The notes beneath the pieces were generated by a model that ran no database searches, was not told where the DNA came from, and saw nothing but the letters and a program-made list of their open reading frames with translations. A stretch of 64,000 nt of DNA, from positions 155,029-219,028 of the forward strand of contig WVYN01000050.1 in the NCBI GenBank assembly GCA_011772965.1, given 5' to 3'. The DNA comes from Gammaproteobacteria bacterium (GTDB taxonomy: Bacteria > Pseudomonadota > Gammaproteobacteria > Eutrophobiales > Eutrophobiaceae). This document shows, in pieces, positions 29,814-42,981 of this stretch. The first letter of the stretch is position 1; each line of letters opens with the position of its first letter. A program made the position numbers and the translations under genes.

Positions 29814-30697
29814 AGCAATACCCGGTCATTTTCAGGAACGGTATCAATATTCCAGTGCTCTATGCCCCAGTTGAGTATTTCCTGGCAAGAGCCATTACGC
29901 AGTTCCGGATCAGGGGATTGGCCCAGGAACATCAGGGCCTGGAAAAGGGTTTTCGCACCGTCCTTGCTGTTAATAGCGGGCGCATGGTTTTGCTTGCTGA
30001 TTTTTTTCCCCTCCTGGTTCAGGGCTACGGGATGATGAACATAGTCCGGTCGTGAATAACCGAGCAATTGCTGCAAATAGATTTGTCGTAGTGTTGAGTC
30101 GAGTAAATCAGTGCCCCTGATAATTTCGGTCACACCCTGCAACTGATCGTCTATTACGGTGGCAAGATGATAGGCAATATAGCCATCGGAACGCTTGATT
30201 ATGAAGTCACCAGACACCTCTTCAAGGCATTGACTGACGTCACCCTGTATCCGATCGATAAAGCGGATTATGCGATCATCAGTTCGTATCCGGAGAGCAC
30301 AGGATTTCCTGTTTCGCTTGATACCCGTGCGACAGGACCCCGGATATGCCCGGCCCTTGGTCTCGCTCCGTGTGCATGAACAGGGGTAAACCAGTTGTCT
30401 GGATTCAAGGTCTGCGAGAATTTCCCGGTAAATGGATATGCGCCGGCTTTGATAGACGACCTCGTCATCCCAGACCATCCCCAATGCCTCAAGAGTGCAC
30501 AGAATGTGCTCGGCGGCACCAGTTTGATTACGTGGTAAATCAATATCATCTATTCTCAGCAACCATTTGCCATGTTGTTTTCGGCTGTGAAGATAACTGG
30601 CCAGTGCCGCAATGACAGAGCCTGAATGGAGGGGGCCTGTTGGTGAGGGGGCAAACCTGCCTACCGAATATTTATTGGTATGTGTTTTTTCCTGCAT
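29801..30697 (-). CDS. gluQ: Glutamyl-Q tRNA(Asp) synthetase
   Basis: 298 aa. RFAPSPTGPLHSGS (HIGH-class motif), colinear with E. coli GluQ(YadB), no anticodon-binding domain. Confidence 0.85.
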   Translation of the reverse strand: MQEKTHTNKYSVGRFAPSPTGPLHSGSVIAALASYLHSRKQHGKWLLRIDDIDLPRNQTGAAEHILCTLEALGMVWDDEVVYQSRRISIYREILADLESRQLVYPCSCTRSETKGRAYPGSCRTGIKRNRKSCALRIRTDDRIIRFIDRIQGDVSQCLEEVSGDFIIKRSDGYIAYHLATVIDDQLQGVTEIIRGTDLLDSTLRQIYLQQLLGYSRPDYVHHPVALNQEGKKISKQNHAPAINSKDGAKTLFQALMFLGQSPDPELRNGSCQEILNWGIEHWNIDTVPENDRVLLQTY

Positions 30698-30720
30698 TGC
30701 CCGGGAGTGCCCGTGCAGAA

Positions 30721-31416
30721 TCAGCCGAGATGACGTTCCTTGATCTCGTCCAGGGTTTTGCAGTCAATACACAGCGTGGCAGTTGGCCTTGCCTCAAGAC
30801 GACGTATCCCGATTTCCACACCACAGATTTCGCAGTAGCCGTAATCACCATTGTCGAGATCTATCAATGATTCATCGATTTTCTTGATCAGTTTCCTCTC
30901 CCGATCCCTGGTCCTGAGTTCCAGTGCAAATTCTTCTTCTTGGGTAGCACGGTCATTGGGATCCGGGAAATTAGCCGCCTCATCACGCATGTGGTGGACT
31001 GTGCGGTCGACTTCTTCCATTAATTCTCTCTTCCAGTTCAACAACAACTCGCGAAAATGATCGGCCTGATCAGGGCCCATATAGTCTTCACCACTCTTGA
31101 TTTTGTAAGGTTTGAAATCACCCTTTTCAACAGGGCTAGTGGTTGCAGACCGGTTCTTCTTGATACTGGATACCTTGTTCATTTTACCCTTAATGGCTGG
31201 CTGTTTCGGCTTTCTGGAAACCTTCTTTTTTGCTGTCTTTTTCTTGGTTATTTTTTTTCTTTTAGTTGTTTTCTTTTTAGCGGTTCTCTTCTTGGACGCA
31301 GGGGCCTTCTTGGCTGTCTTTTTCTTTTTGGCAGCCTTCTTTTTTGCTGTTTTTTTCTTTACAGCAGCTTTCTTTTTAGCGGTTTTTTTCTTCGCCGATT
31401 TCTTCTTTTTAGGCAT
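30721..31416 (-). CDS. dksA: RNA polymerase-binding transcription factor DksA with an in-frame 78-aa Lys/Ala/Thr-rich histone-H1-like N-terminal extension
   Basis: C-terminal 153 aa colinear with E. coli DksA (DEAANFPDPNDRATQEEEFALELRTRDRERKLIKKIDESL, 4-Cys zinc finger CEICG..CIDC). No stop between the K-rich repeats and the DksA core. ATG 31416 has a GGAG SD 8 nt upstream; internal ATG 31182 has a weaker AAGGG. Confidence 0.85.
   Translation of the reverse strand: MPKKKKSAKKKTAKKKAAVKKKTAKKKAAKKKKTAKKAPASKKRTAKKKTTKRKKITKKKTAKKKVSRKPKQPAIKGKMNKVSSIKKNRSATTSPVEKGDFKPYKIKSGEDYMGPDQADHFRELLLNWKRELMEEVDRTVHHMRDEAANFPDPNDRATQEEEFALELRTRDRERKLIKKIDESLIDLDNGDYGYCEICGVEIGIRRLEARPTATLCIDCKTLDEIKERHLG
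31183..31416 (-). repeat. In-frame coding tandem repeat (about 5-6 imperfect 33-nt units encoding KKKTAKKKAAx) forming the DksA N-terminal extension
   Basis: Periodicity visible in both DNA (ctttttNgcNgNtttcttttt units on the plus strand) and protein. Confidence 0.7.
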
Positions 31417-31486
31417 TCTTAAATCTCCGCCCCTAAAAAATAAGCGTGCATCTATACCAGAAAGAAATTAGAGAGGCAACTGAATT

Positions 31487-32221
31487 TCATGGGGTCTGGG
31501 CTGGTTGTAACTTCTCGACCCAGAGCCTCGTTGCACCACAGACAGCCGCTGGCAGAGCGAGAAAATTTATGACCGGGATTAGGGTCAGCAACATGATGCC
31601 GAGTCCGAACCCATAGACGAGTGATCGCCTTGCTTTTAGGCGGTTTCGCAGTTCATCAAACAGGATGCCATGATTGCCCATGGGGAAGTCCATATATTCC
31701 AATGCCAGCATCCAGGCACCAAAAATAAACCATAGAAACGGCGCGGCAAGATTCACCATGGGAATGAAAAACAGGATGATTAACGGCAGGGCACGAATGA
31801 CAAAATATATGAATTTCCGCAGTTCCGAGACCAGGGCATTTTTAATCTCCTGGAATATCCTGCCGGGACCAGTGCTGTTATTTTCCACCGCACTGCCGAT
31901 AAGCTGAATTTCAACATGCTCAGCCAGAAATCCGTTAAAAGGTGCCGCAATCAAGTTGGCAATAATAGAAAAGCAAAAAAACACAACGGTCAGTGCAATA
32001 ATGATAAAGACAGGCCAGAGTAGCCACTGTAACCATTCCCACCAGCCCGTCAGGGTAGAGTTGATGAAATCACTCAGCATATTGGCGCCAAAAAAGATTG
32101 CCGTCGTGAACAGTGCAATATTGATTAATAGCGGGACCAGGACAAAGAGCCGGATACCTGGTTTGGTCAGCAAGCCAAAGCCACTGAAGGCATATTTAAA
32201 TCCCGTGATGATATCGGTCAT
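31487..32221 (-). CDS. cysZ: Sulfate transporter CysZ
   Basis: 244 aa, colinear with E. coli CysZ ([43 protein letters not shown]). Confidence 0.8.
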   Translation of the reverse strand: MTDIITGFKYAFSGFGLLTKPGIRLFVLVPLLINIALFTTAIFFGANMLSDFINSTLTGWWEWLQWLLWPVFIIIALTVVFFCFSIIANLIAAPFNGFLAEHVEIQLIGSAVENNSTGPGRIFQEIKNALVSELRKFIYFVIRALPLIILFFIPMVNLAAPFLWFIFGAWMLALEYMDFPMGNHGILFDELRNRLKARRSLVYGFGLGIMLLTLIPVINFLALPAAVCGATRLWVEKLQPAQTP

Positions 32222-32609
32222 GGGTCAGGGTAATTGACGGGCTTGCCTGCCAGCCATCTTTGATGTGTTCGACGACCACGTTTGTGTAAAGCCCACCGCG
32301 GACATTAAAGCGCGATGTGAGGCGCATAAAACGGGGATTCGTGGCTGCCACAAGATCTTCCAGTATCCGGTTTGTCACTGCCTCATGAAATGCACCCTCA
32401 TCACGATAGGACCAGATGTACAATTTCAGTGACTTTAATTCCACACATTGCTGATCGGGCACATAATCCAGCTTCAGTACCGCAAAATCCGGTTGTCCGG
32501 TCTTCGGGCACAGACAGGTAAACTCGGGAATTTCGATATGAATCGTGTAATCCCGATCGGGATTCGGGTTTTCAAAAGTTTCCAGCTGTTTTGATGGTTT
32601 GGCTGACAT
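32196..32609 (-). CDS. queF: NADPH-dependent 7-cyano-7-deazaguanine (preQ0) reductase, type I
   Basis: 137 aa. Catalytic Cys in [13 protein letters not shown] and the QueF motif ELKSLKLY. Confidence 0.85.
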   Translation of the reverse strand: MSAKPSKQLETFENPNPDRDYTIHIEIPEFTCLCPKTGQPDFAVLKLDYVPDQQCVELKSLKLYIWSYRDEGAFHEAVTNRILEDLVAATNPRFMRLTSRFNVRGGLYTNVVVEHIKDGWQASPSITLTHDRYHHGI

Positions 32610-32813
32610 GGTTTTGATGGTAAAACGAATAAAAAATTACCAATTAACCTTATCACATAACAGACAAAGAGTTAGTTATCTTTTTTCATTTGTATTATTA
32701 ATATGCTAAAATATTAATTTATTTATCATATAGTTATATAATTAAATTAAAGTAAATAGTAGACTTGATAACACGCTTGTCTGTCTTCACTGAACTCTGT
32801 ATTGTTACGCTCC

Positions 32814-35800
32814 ATGCGATTGCGCAAAATAAAACTTTCCGGCTTTAAATCTTTTGTTGATCCTACCACCCTGATTGTCCCGACTAACCTGACTGGAGTC
32901 GTTGGACCTAACGGTTGTGGCAAATCCAACATCATTGATGCCGTTATGTGGGTCATGGGTGAGAGTTCAGCCAAGCATTTACGTGGTGATGCCCTGACGG
33001 ATGTCATTTTTAACGGTTCCAGTGCCCGTAATCCCGTGGGGCAAGCCTCAGTCGAATTGATGTTTGACAACACCGAGAACAAACTGGGTGGTCAGTATGC
33101 CAGTTACGATGAAATTTCCATCAAGCGTCAGATCAATCGTGAGTCCATATCGACCTATTTCCTGAATGGCACCCGCTGCCGGCGCCGGGATATTACCGCT
33201 ATATTCCTTGGAACCGGATTAGGGCCAAGAAGTTATGCCATTATTGAACAAGGCATGATTTCCCGATTGATCGAAGCCAAGCCTGAAGAACTGCGTACCT
33301 TTATAGAAGAAGCAGCAGGTATTTCCAAATACCGGGAACGTCGTCGCGAGACCGAGAACCGTATCCGTAACACCCGCGAAAATATTGCCCGCCTCAATGA
33401 CATTCTCGAAGAACTCGACAAGCAATTGAAACACCTGCAACGCCAGGCCAAAGCTGCCGAGCGATATCAGTTACTCAAAAAGGAGCAAAGGCAACTTGAA
33501 GCGGAGATACAGGCATTAAATTGGAAATCACTTAATGAACTTGCTGGTAAGCAGCTGCAAGAGATTAGAGAGCATGAGAATCGCGTTGAGGCAGCGGTTT
33601 CTGATCAACGCATAGTTGAAAAGGAGATCGTGCAACATCGGGAATCACTGACCACGGCCAATGAAGACTATAACGAGGTTCAGTCAGAATACTATCGAGT
33701 TGGTGGGGAGATCTCGCGGCTTGAGCAAAAGATTCAGCATATCAATGAAAAAATCCAGGATGCGAGGCTGGGTCTCGAGCAAATCAATACGGAACAACAA
33801 CAGCTTACTGAGCAACTCGAACAGGACGAGGAGCAACTGAAACAGCTGGCGACGACCCGGGAAGGGCTTGAGCCACAGCTCAAAGGCTCCCGGGAAGAGA
33901 GTGACAAGGCCTATTCCTGGCTGACGGAGTCAGAACAGGCCATGCAAGCCTGGCAAACCGAATGGGAAGAATTCAATCGCACGGCAAACGGCTATTCCAG
34001 GCGTAGTGAAGTTGCAAGGACTCGGATAGAACACCTGAATGATAGCCTCGAAGAAATACGACAACGCCAGAGGAACCTGAAACAGGAACTGGAAGAGATG
34101 GATACCAGTGACAGTGAAACTGCCATCAAGCAGAATGATACCGAGCTTAAGTCTGCCAGCAAGACCCGAGATGAGATCGAAAAGTCACTGAAACACAAAC
34201 GCGAAACACTGCAGTCAACCCGAAAACTGCACCAGGATCAAACCAGGGCCCTGAACCTCCAGCGCAGTCAGTGCCAGAAATTGGAGGGTAGCCTTGCCTC
34301 ACTGGAGGCATTACAGCGTAATGCCATGACCGGCAGTAATCCGACCTTGAAGAAATGGTTGCAAAAGCACGATCTTGAAAATGCGCCGAGACTCGCCCAG
34401 CGGGTTGTCGTAGAGACTGAATGGGCCTGTGCGGTTGAATCGGTACTGGGCCGTTTCATGCAGGATATCTGCATTGACGATTTGTCTGACTACCTAGATG
34501 AAATTAGCAATTTGAATGGCAGTGAACTGGGTCTTATTGGTACATCAGAACAGGTTGCTGCCGAAAACCAGTCCCGTTTCCCATCACTTGCAGATAAGCT
34601 CAAGGATGATTTTCCGCTGCGTCATCTACTCAGTACGGTATACCTGGCAGACGATATTCAGGCTGCCATAGGCATGCGTTCCAATCTCACCGGCGGAGAA
34701 TCTGTGATCACAGCCGATGGATTCTGGATTGGGCAAAACTGGATACGAGTATGCAGGAGTAATGGACAACAGACCGGGGTAATAAACCGGGAAAAGGAAA
34801 TTCAAAAATTGAAGTTCGAACTGGATAAGGCCCAGGGCAAGCTGGTTGATCTCGAATCCGCGGCCAGTGATACGTTGACCCAGCTTGAATCTCTTGAGCA
34901 GGAGATCCATGAACTTCAGGCTCAACTCAATCGGCAGGAGCAGAAGGTTTCAGAATTAAAGGCTACTCTGACAACTGACAAGGCCGGCGTTGAACAAGCA
35001 CGTTCCCGCAGCGAGCGAATCGAGGATGAACTGGAAGAACTACATGATCAGGAGCAGGAAGAAATCCAGGAAATGGATAACGTCAATGCTGAACTGGAGC
35101 GCATAGAATCTGAGGAATCAGAACTGCAGAAGCAACATGCTGAGCTAGTTGCTTTGAAAGAAAAGCATCAAGACACACTCAGGAAAGCCAGGGAACTGTG
35201 GCAAAAAACCCATGAGGAGAGCCACGGCATAGCTTTGCAACTAGAATCTATCTCATCGCAACGGGCCTCACTGGAACAATCCATCAAGCGCAGCCAAATT
35301 CAATCAGATCACTTGATAAAACGGGGGGATGAACTTGAAAATACTATCTCTGAAAATCAGGCACCTGTCGGGGAAATAAAAATAGAGCTGGAAGAAAAAC
35401 TTACTCAAAAAGTTGAATCAGAGAAAAAACTGTCGGAGGCGCGAGGCAAGGTTCAAAATATTGAATCCGACTTGAGAGAAAAAGAGCAACTACGTATTAC
35501 GCATGAAAATCGCGTCCAGGAATTAAGATCTGGCCTGGAAAGAGCCCGGCTAGATATCCAGGAAACCCGGGTACGTTTGCAGACCATTGAAGAAAAGCTT
35601 GCAGAATCCGGACAAAACATAAAAGACATCCTTGCGATGTTGAGTGAGGAAGCAGAGATTTCCACATGGCGTGATAATCTGGATAAAGTTAGCCAGAAGA
35701 TTCATCGACTGGGTCCAATCAACCTGGCAGCGATTGATGAGTTTACGCAGGTATCAGAACGCAAGAGCTACCTCGACAAGCAGGACAAGGATTTGCACGA

Positions 35801-36326
35801 TGCCCTGCAAACCCTTGAAAGTGCCATTCAGAAGATTGACAAGGAATCCCGCAGTCGCTTCAAGGATACGTTCGACCAGTTGAATGCCAATCTCAAGGAG
35901 CTTTTCCCGCAGTTATTTGGCGGAGGGATGTCTTATCTTGAATTGACAGGCGATGATCTTCTGGAAACCGGCGTCACCGTAATGGCAAGACCTCCGGGCA
36001 AACGTAACAGTACGATTCATCTTCTGTCCGGAGGTGAAAAGGCATTGACAGCCGTTGCCCTTGTATTCTCCATCTTCAAGCTAAACCCTGCGCCATTTTG
36101 CATACTTGATGAGGTTGATGCCCCATTGGATGATGCCAACATTGGCCGTTTTTCAGAATTGGTAGTCTCCATGTCAGATGATATTCAGTTTATTTTTATC
36201 ACGCATAACAAGATCACCATGGAAATAGCCCATCAATTACTCGGTGTCACCATGCATGAGGCCGGTGTTTCCAGACTGGTCAGTGTTGATGTCGATGAAG
36301 CAGTTAAGATGGCGGCAACAGCCTGA
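32814..36326 (+). CDS. smc: Chromosome segregation protein SMC
   Basis: Walker A GPNGCGKSN at N-terminus, long coiled coils, hinge, C-terminal signature LSGGEKALTAVAL and Walker B ILDEVDAPLDD. Start at ATG 32814 (MRLRKIKLSGFKSF). Confidence 0.95.
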   Translation: MRLRKIKLSGFKSFVDPTTLIVPTNLTGVVGPNGCGKSNIIDAVMWVMGESSAKHLRGDALTDVIFNGSSARNPVGQASVELMFDNTENKLGGQYASYDEISIKRQINRESISTYFLNGTRCRRRDITAIFLGTGLGPRSYAIIEQGMISRLIEAKPEELRTFIEEAAGISKYRERRRETENRIRNTRENIARLNDILEELDKQLKHLQRQAKAAERYQLLKKEQRQLEAEIQALNWKSLNELAGKQLQEIREHENRVEAAVSDQRIVEKEIVQHRESLTTANEDYNEVQSEYYRVGGEISRLEQKIQHINEKIQDARLGLEQINTEQQQLTEQLEQDEEQLKQLATTREGLEPQLKGSREESDKAYSWLTESEQAMQAWQTEWEEFNRTANGYSRRSEVARTRIEHLNDSLEEIRQRQRNLKQELEEMDTSDSETAIKQNDTELKSASKTRDEIEKSLKHKRETLQSTRKLHQDQTRALNLQRSQCQKLEGSLASLEALQRNAMTGSNPTLKKWLQKHDLENAPRLAQRVVVETEWACAVESVLGRFMQDICIDDLSDYLDEISNLNGSELGLIGTSEQVAAENQSRFPSLADKLKDDFPLRHLLSTVYLADDIQAAIGMRSNLTGGESVITADGFWIGQNWIRVCRSNGQQTGVINREKEIQKLKFELDKAQGKLVDLESAASDTLTQLESLEQEIHELQAQLNRQEQKVSELKATLTTDKAGVEQARSRSERIEDELEELHDQEQEEIQEMDNVNAELERIESEESELQKQHAELVALKEKHQDTLRKARELWQKTHEESHGIALQLESISSQRASLEQSIKRSQIQSDHLIKRGDELENTISENQAPVGEIKIELEEKLTQKVESEKKLSEARGKVQNIESDLREKEQLRITHENRVQELRSGLERARLDIQETRVRLQTIEEKLAESGQNIKDILAMLSEEAEISTWRDNLDKVSQKIHRLGPINLAAIDEFTQVSERKSYLDKQDKDLHDALQTLESAIQKIDKESRSRFKDTFDQLNANLKELFPQLFGGGMSYLELTGDDLLETGVTVMARPPGKRNSTIHLLSGGEKALTAVALVFSIFKLNPAPFCILDEVDAPLDDANIGRFSELVVSMSDDIQFIFITHNKITMEIAHQLLGVTMHEAGVSRLVSVDVDEAVKMAATA

Positions 36327-36387
36327 CCCTGTTCTGGTTCAATATCCAACACATGCAATAACATTTCAGGTTGTTCATGGTTGAACA

Positions 36388-39124
<2,737 letters not shown>

Positions 39125-39132
39125 TGCCTGGA

Positions 39133-39276
39133 TTACTTATTATGTCCAGGTGCGTTTTCGCTGTTGCCTGGTCCGTCTGGATCATGTCCCGGTGGACGAT
39201 GAAAAATATTATGACAGCCGCTGAGCAGACTTGCCAAAACCAGGACTGCAACGATTAATCTGATAGCTTTATTCAC
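39133..39276 (-). CDS. Candidate small lipoprotein (47 aa: VNKAIRLIVAVLVLASLLSGC | HNIFHRPPGHDPDGPGNSENAPGHNK), not in ORF track (below length cutoff)
   Basis: Own translation of the minus strand. AAGGAG SD 10 nt upstream of a GTG start. Canonical lipoprotein signal peptide with lipobox LSGC. His/Pro/Gly-rich mature part. Fills the ligA-to-GGDEF gap. Confidence 0.35.
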   Translation of the reverse strand: MNKAIRLIVAVLVLASLLSGCHNIFHRPPGHDPDGPGNSENAPGHNK

Positions 39277-39290
39277 TGGATTTTCACTCC

Positions 39291-40535
39291 TTATCGCTGT
39301 TTTGCGACGACGACCCTGTTGCGGCCTCCTTCCTTGGCTTTATACAAGGCATTGTCAGCCGCCTTGATGACATCCTGCGGACTACGATGCTTATCAGTCT
39401 TCTCTGCCAGACCGACGCTGATACTGATATTGATGTCTTTAGCTTTGCCCCTGCGTTTTCTGTTCTGGGGTTTTTTCCGGGGCCTGCCTTGATGACGTAT
39501 GGCCAGTTTTTTGTTGGCGATTTTCTCCCTTAATACATCAAGATACAACGAGGCCTCGGAGGCCTCTGTGTTAGGGAACACAAGGGTAAATTCCTCACCA
39601 CCGTAGCGGAAAGGTCTGCCACCGCCGGCAACAGTACGTAGTTGCATTGCCAGCATTTTCAACACATCATCGCCAACATCGTGACCGTAAGTGTCATTCA
39701 GTTTCTTGAAATGATCGACGTCCACCATTGCAATGGAATAATCCCTGCCCAGAGAAAGCAGCTGTTGTTTCAGTGCACGCCGGGATGGCAGCTGTGTTAA
39801 TTCATCCCTGTAAGCAAGATGATAGGCGTGAATAATAATCGCAGTTATCAATATCAGACTGGATATCACAAAATAGATTGATGTGATAATGGGTTCTCCC
39901 GTGAAGTTAAGGCCGATGATCAAGCCCAGCAATGCTAGACCCCATGCACCCCTCAAAAGTCCGGGATTAATATTCTGATGGATCGCAAAAAGGACGAGAC
40001 TGGCCATCCATACCAGTAACAATGGTGAGCCGGCCAGTTTGTTAATGAAATCAGGTTCAGGAATAAAACCCAGGGCAAGAAAAGAAGCAAGAGCAGCCTG
40101 TTTGGATTTGATTAACCAGAAGCAGGCCAGAAATTCAATGCTCAGTATGAAAAGCTTGTTACCACCGTGGGAATTCAACAAGCCACGTTCTTTCATGAAA
40201 TTAAACAGGACAAAGTTTAATGCCAAGACCAGACCTATCAGGTTATACAGTGTGGTCTTGTTGATGTCCTTAGTTTCCGGCCAGAACAGGGTCTGCAGGA
40301 GGATGTAAATGCAGAGCATGGTCAAAAACAGGCAGAACTCCCGGCTGTTATAGAACACAACACAGAGCATTAACGCCAGCACCATAATCAGGTAGGGCAG
40401 CCAGTTAAGTGAACCGGTCAACCAGGTTGGCAATGACATCCAGTTATTGACCATCAATACAGCGGGGGTCATTAACAGGGTAATGACAATCAGTGCGGGC
40501 AGAAATTGCTGTATTCTTTTAGTTATAAAATACAT
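39291..40535 (-). CDS. Membrane-anchored diguanylate cyclase (multi-TM N-terminus plus GGDEF; GGEEF site, no RxxD I-site)
   Basis: About 7 predicted TM helices, then LTQLPSRRAL.., DVDHFKKLNDTYGHDVGD, RYGGEEFTLVFPNT. Confidence 0.85.
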   Translation of the reverse strand: MYFITKRIQQFLPALIVITLLMTPAVLMVNNWMSLPTWLTGSLNWLPYLIMVLALMLCVVFYNSREFCLFLTMLCIYILLQTLFWPETKDINKTTLYNLIGLVLALNFVLFNFMKERGLLNSHGGNKLFILSIEFLACFWLIKSKQAALASFLALGFIPEPDFINKLAGSPLLLVWMASLVLFAIHQNINPGLLRGAWGLALLGLIIGLNFTGEPIITSIYFVISSLILITAIIIHAYHLAYRDELTQLPSRRALKQQLLSLGRDYSIAMVDVDHFKKLNDTYGHDVGDDVLKMLAMQLRTVAGGGRPFRYGGEEFTLVFPNTEASEASLYLDVLREKIANKKLAIRHQGRPRKKPQNRKRRGKAKDINISISVGLAEKTDKHRSPQDVIKAADNALYKAKEGGRNRVVVAKQR

Positions 40536-40625
40536 TATATTTATTATATATCCATCTGAATTATAATATTATATTATAGAATAATACAGTTTTGATTTGA
40601 CCCCGCCCGGGATCTGCCCAGCGTC

Positions 40626-42254
40626 TCAGGCTGCTTGGTGGTCCCCTTTCAACGTGTGTATCGACATAACGGTATCCCTTGCCGGTCCCCGCTTATCCGG
40701 TTCCGGATAATCCAGAGAATAATGCAGGCCCCGGCTTTCTTTTCGCTGCAGTGCCGACTGGATAATGATCTCGGCAACCGTGGAGACATTGCGCAATTCG
40801 ATCAGATCGTCGGTGATTCGGAAATTACCATAATAATCGTGTATCTCTTGTTGCAATAACTGGATTCTATTCAAGGCCCGCTGCAAGCGCTTGCTGGTCC
40901 GAACGATTCCAACATAGTCCCACATAAAGCGACGGATTTCGTCCCAGTTGTGCGAGACAACGACTTCCTCATCGGAATCTGTGACCTGGCTCTCATCCCA
41001 GTCCGGCAGACCATCTGGCAGACTGACTGATTTCAAACGGTCGTCGATGTCTTTGCAGGCTGAATGGGCATATACCACGCATTCCAGAAGTGAATTGCTG
41101 GCCATACGGTTGGCACCATGCAGGCCGGAACAACTGGCTTCACCAATCGAGTACAGCCCGCAAAGGTTGGTCCTGCCGCGCTTGTCGATGACGATACCGC
41201 CACAGGTATAATGCGCGGCCGGGACCACCGGCACCGGATCCTTGCACAAGTCGAAACCAAATTTCCGGCAACTTTCGTAGATGGTCGGAAAATGCTCAAT
41301 AATAAATTCGTCGGGTTTATGGCTGATGTCCAGGTAAATACAATCATCGCCGCGGCGTTTCATTTCATGGTCGATTGCCCTGGCAACGATGTCTCGAGGC
41401 GCCAATTCACCGCGCGGATCATACTTATTCATGAATGGCTCACCGTTAGACAAAAGCAGGCGTGCTCCCTCACCACGCAGGGCTTCCGAAATGAGGAGGG
41501 ATTTGGCCTGGGGATGATACAGGCAAGTGGGGTGAAACTGGACAAACTCCATGTTGGCGATATCACAGCCGGCACGCCAGGCCATGGCTATGCCATCGCC
41601 GGTGCAGGTGTCCGGATTACTGGTATACAAATAGACCTTGCCGGCACCACCGGTTGCCAGAACGACTAAGCGGGCACTGAAAACACTGATGCAGCCCCGG
41701 CGGCGATCATAAACATAGGCACCCAGGCAACGATTCGGTGTCTGGCCCAGCTTTTCCGCCGTGATCAGGTCAATGGCTGCATGGTGCTCAAACAGTTCGA
41801 TATTCTGATGTTGTTTGACCCGTTGTTCGAGGGTGGTCTCAATAGCCCGGCCCGTGCAATCGGCAGCATGGACAATACGTCTGTGACTGTGGCCGCCTTC
41901 CTGGTTCAAGTGATAATCAAGCTTGCCCTCGGCATCCTTAGTCTTTGTGAAATTAACACCAAGGCCAATTAACCACTGGATACTTTCCCGTCCATGTTCG
42001 ACTACGAAACGGACCACGTCCGGATTGCAGAGACCGGCACCGGAGTCCAGGGTGTCTTGCACATGGGATTCAATGGAATCACAGGTATCCAAAACAGCGG
42101 AAACACCGCCCTGGGCATAATAGGTGGCTCCCTCGACCAGGGCAGACTTCGAGAGGACAGCAACTTGGGCATTTTCAGCCAGTTGCAGGGCGAGACTAAG
42201 CCCGGCAGCTCCGCTGCCGATGATCAGGACATCATGTTGATGTTGGTCAGTCAT
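40626..42254 (-). CDS. nadB: L-aspartate oxidase
   Basis: FAD-binding GSGAAG N-terminus, colinear with E. coli NadB. Divergent from rpoE as in enterics and pseudomonads. Confidence 0.95.
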   Translation of the reverse strand: MTDQHQHDVLIIGSGAAGLSLALQLAENAQVAVLSKSALVEGATYYAQGGVSAVLDTCDSIESHVQDTLDSGAGLCNPDVVRFVVEHGRESIQWLIGLGVNFTKTKDAEGKLDYHLNQEGGHSHRRIVHAADCTGRAIETTLEQRVKQHQNIELFEHHAAIDLITAEKLGQTPNRCLGAYVYDRRRGCISVFSARLVVLATGGAGKVYLYTSNPDTCTGDGIAMAWRAGCDIANMEFVQFHPTCLYHPQAKSLLISEALRGEGARLLLSNGEPFMNKYDPRGELAPRDIVARAIDHEMKRRGDDCIYLDISHKPDEFIIEHFPTIYESCRKFGFDLCKDPVPVVPAAHYTCGGIVIDKRGRTNLCGLYSIGEASCSGLHGANRMASNSLLECVVYAHSACKDIDDRLKSVSLPDGLPDWDESQVTDSDEEVVVSHNWDEIRRFMWDYVGIVRTSKRLQRALNRIQLLQQEIHDYYGNFRITDDLIELRNVSTVAEIIIQSALQRKESRGLHYSLDYPEPDKRGPARDTVMSIHTLKGDHQAA

Positions 42255-42392
42255 CTTACTTGAGATAATATACTTGCTTTGTATTGTAAGCTATTGATTA
42301 GGACATATTATTAGCAATTCATATTGTAGCCGTTCTGGGACAAGGTCAGGGCACGGCACAGCACGGCATGTTAACACTAGGGGCCAGCCCTG

Positions 42393-42971
42393 ATGGGCAA
42401 TAAGATAACAGATCAACAACTGGTTGAGCGGGTTCAAAATGGGGATAAAAAAGCCTTTGACCTGCTAGTGATGAAATATCAGCAGCGAATTGTGAACCTA
42501 GTCTCCCGGTTTGTACGGAACCAGGCGGATGCCCTTGATGTCACACAAGATGCATTTATCAAGGCCTATCGTGCCTTACCCAATTTCAGAGGAGACAGCG
42601 CATTCTATACCTGGATGTATCGCATAGCGGTGAACACCGCCAAAAACCATCTGGCGGTACAAAATCGCCGGCCCATGGACATTGATCAAGATGTCTCTGA
42701 AATTGAACAAATTGAGGGTGATCATGCTCTAAAGGAGTATGCGACACCTGAGCACATGTTGCTGCGGGATGAAATCGAGGACACGATCATCCAGGCTATC
42801 GAGGGATTGCCTGAAGACTTGCGGATCGCCATCACTTTACGTGAGATTGAGGGCCTGAGTTATGAGGATATCGCCGAGGCAATGGAGTGTCCTATTGGCA
42901 CCGTGCGTTCACGTATTTTTCGTGCCCGGGAAGGTATTGATAAGGAATTGAAACCATTATTGGATAAATGA
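42393..42971 (+). CDS. rpoE: ECF sigma factor sigma-E (RpoE/AlgU)
   Basis: 192 aa, regions 2 and 4 conserved (DLLVMKYQQRIVNLVSRFV..., YEDIAEAMECPIGTVRSRIFRAREGI). Confidence 0.9.
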   Translation: MGNKITDQQLVERVQNGDKKAFDLLVMKYQQRIVNLVSRFVRNQADALDVTQDAFIKAYRALPNFRGDSAFYTWMYRIAVNTAKNHLAVQNRRPMDIDQDVSEIEQIEGDHALKEYATPEHMLLRDEIEDTIIQAIEGLPEDLRIAITLREIEGLSYEDIAEAMECPIGTVRSRIFRAREGIDKELKPLLDK

Positions 42972-42981
42972 GTGAGTGACC

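Noticed and set aside
31183-31416. Tandem repeats considered as a possible CRISPR or minisatellite array
   Set aside because: Repeats are 33-nt, imperfect, contiguous with no spacers, and maintain an open reading frame into dksA. This is a coding repeat, not CRISPR. No other repeat-spacer structure was seen in the window.
31057-31471. Two plus-strand ORFs rich in F/L/C (GSLLFCCFFLYSSFLFSGFFLRRFLLF...)
   Set aside because: Reverse-strand shadow of the dksA lysine-rich repeat region (AAG/AAA codons read as CTT/TTT). Not independent genes.
42255-42392. Sigma-E autoregulatory promoter (GGAACTT-N16-TCTGA) upstream of rpoE
   Set aside because: I could not find a convincing match to the consensus in the nadB-rpoE spacer, so no promoter feature was called.
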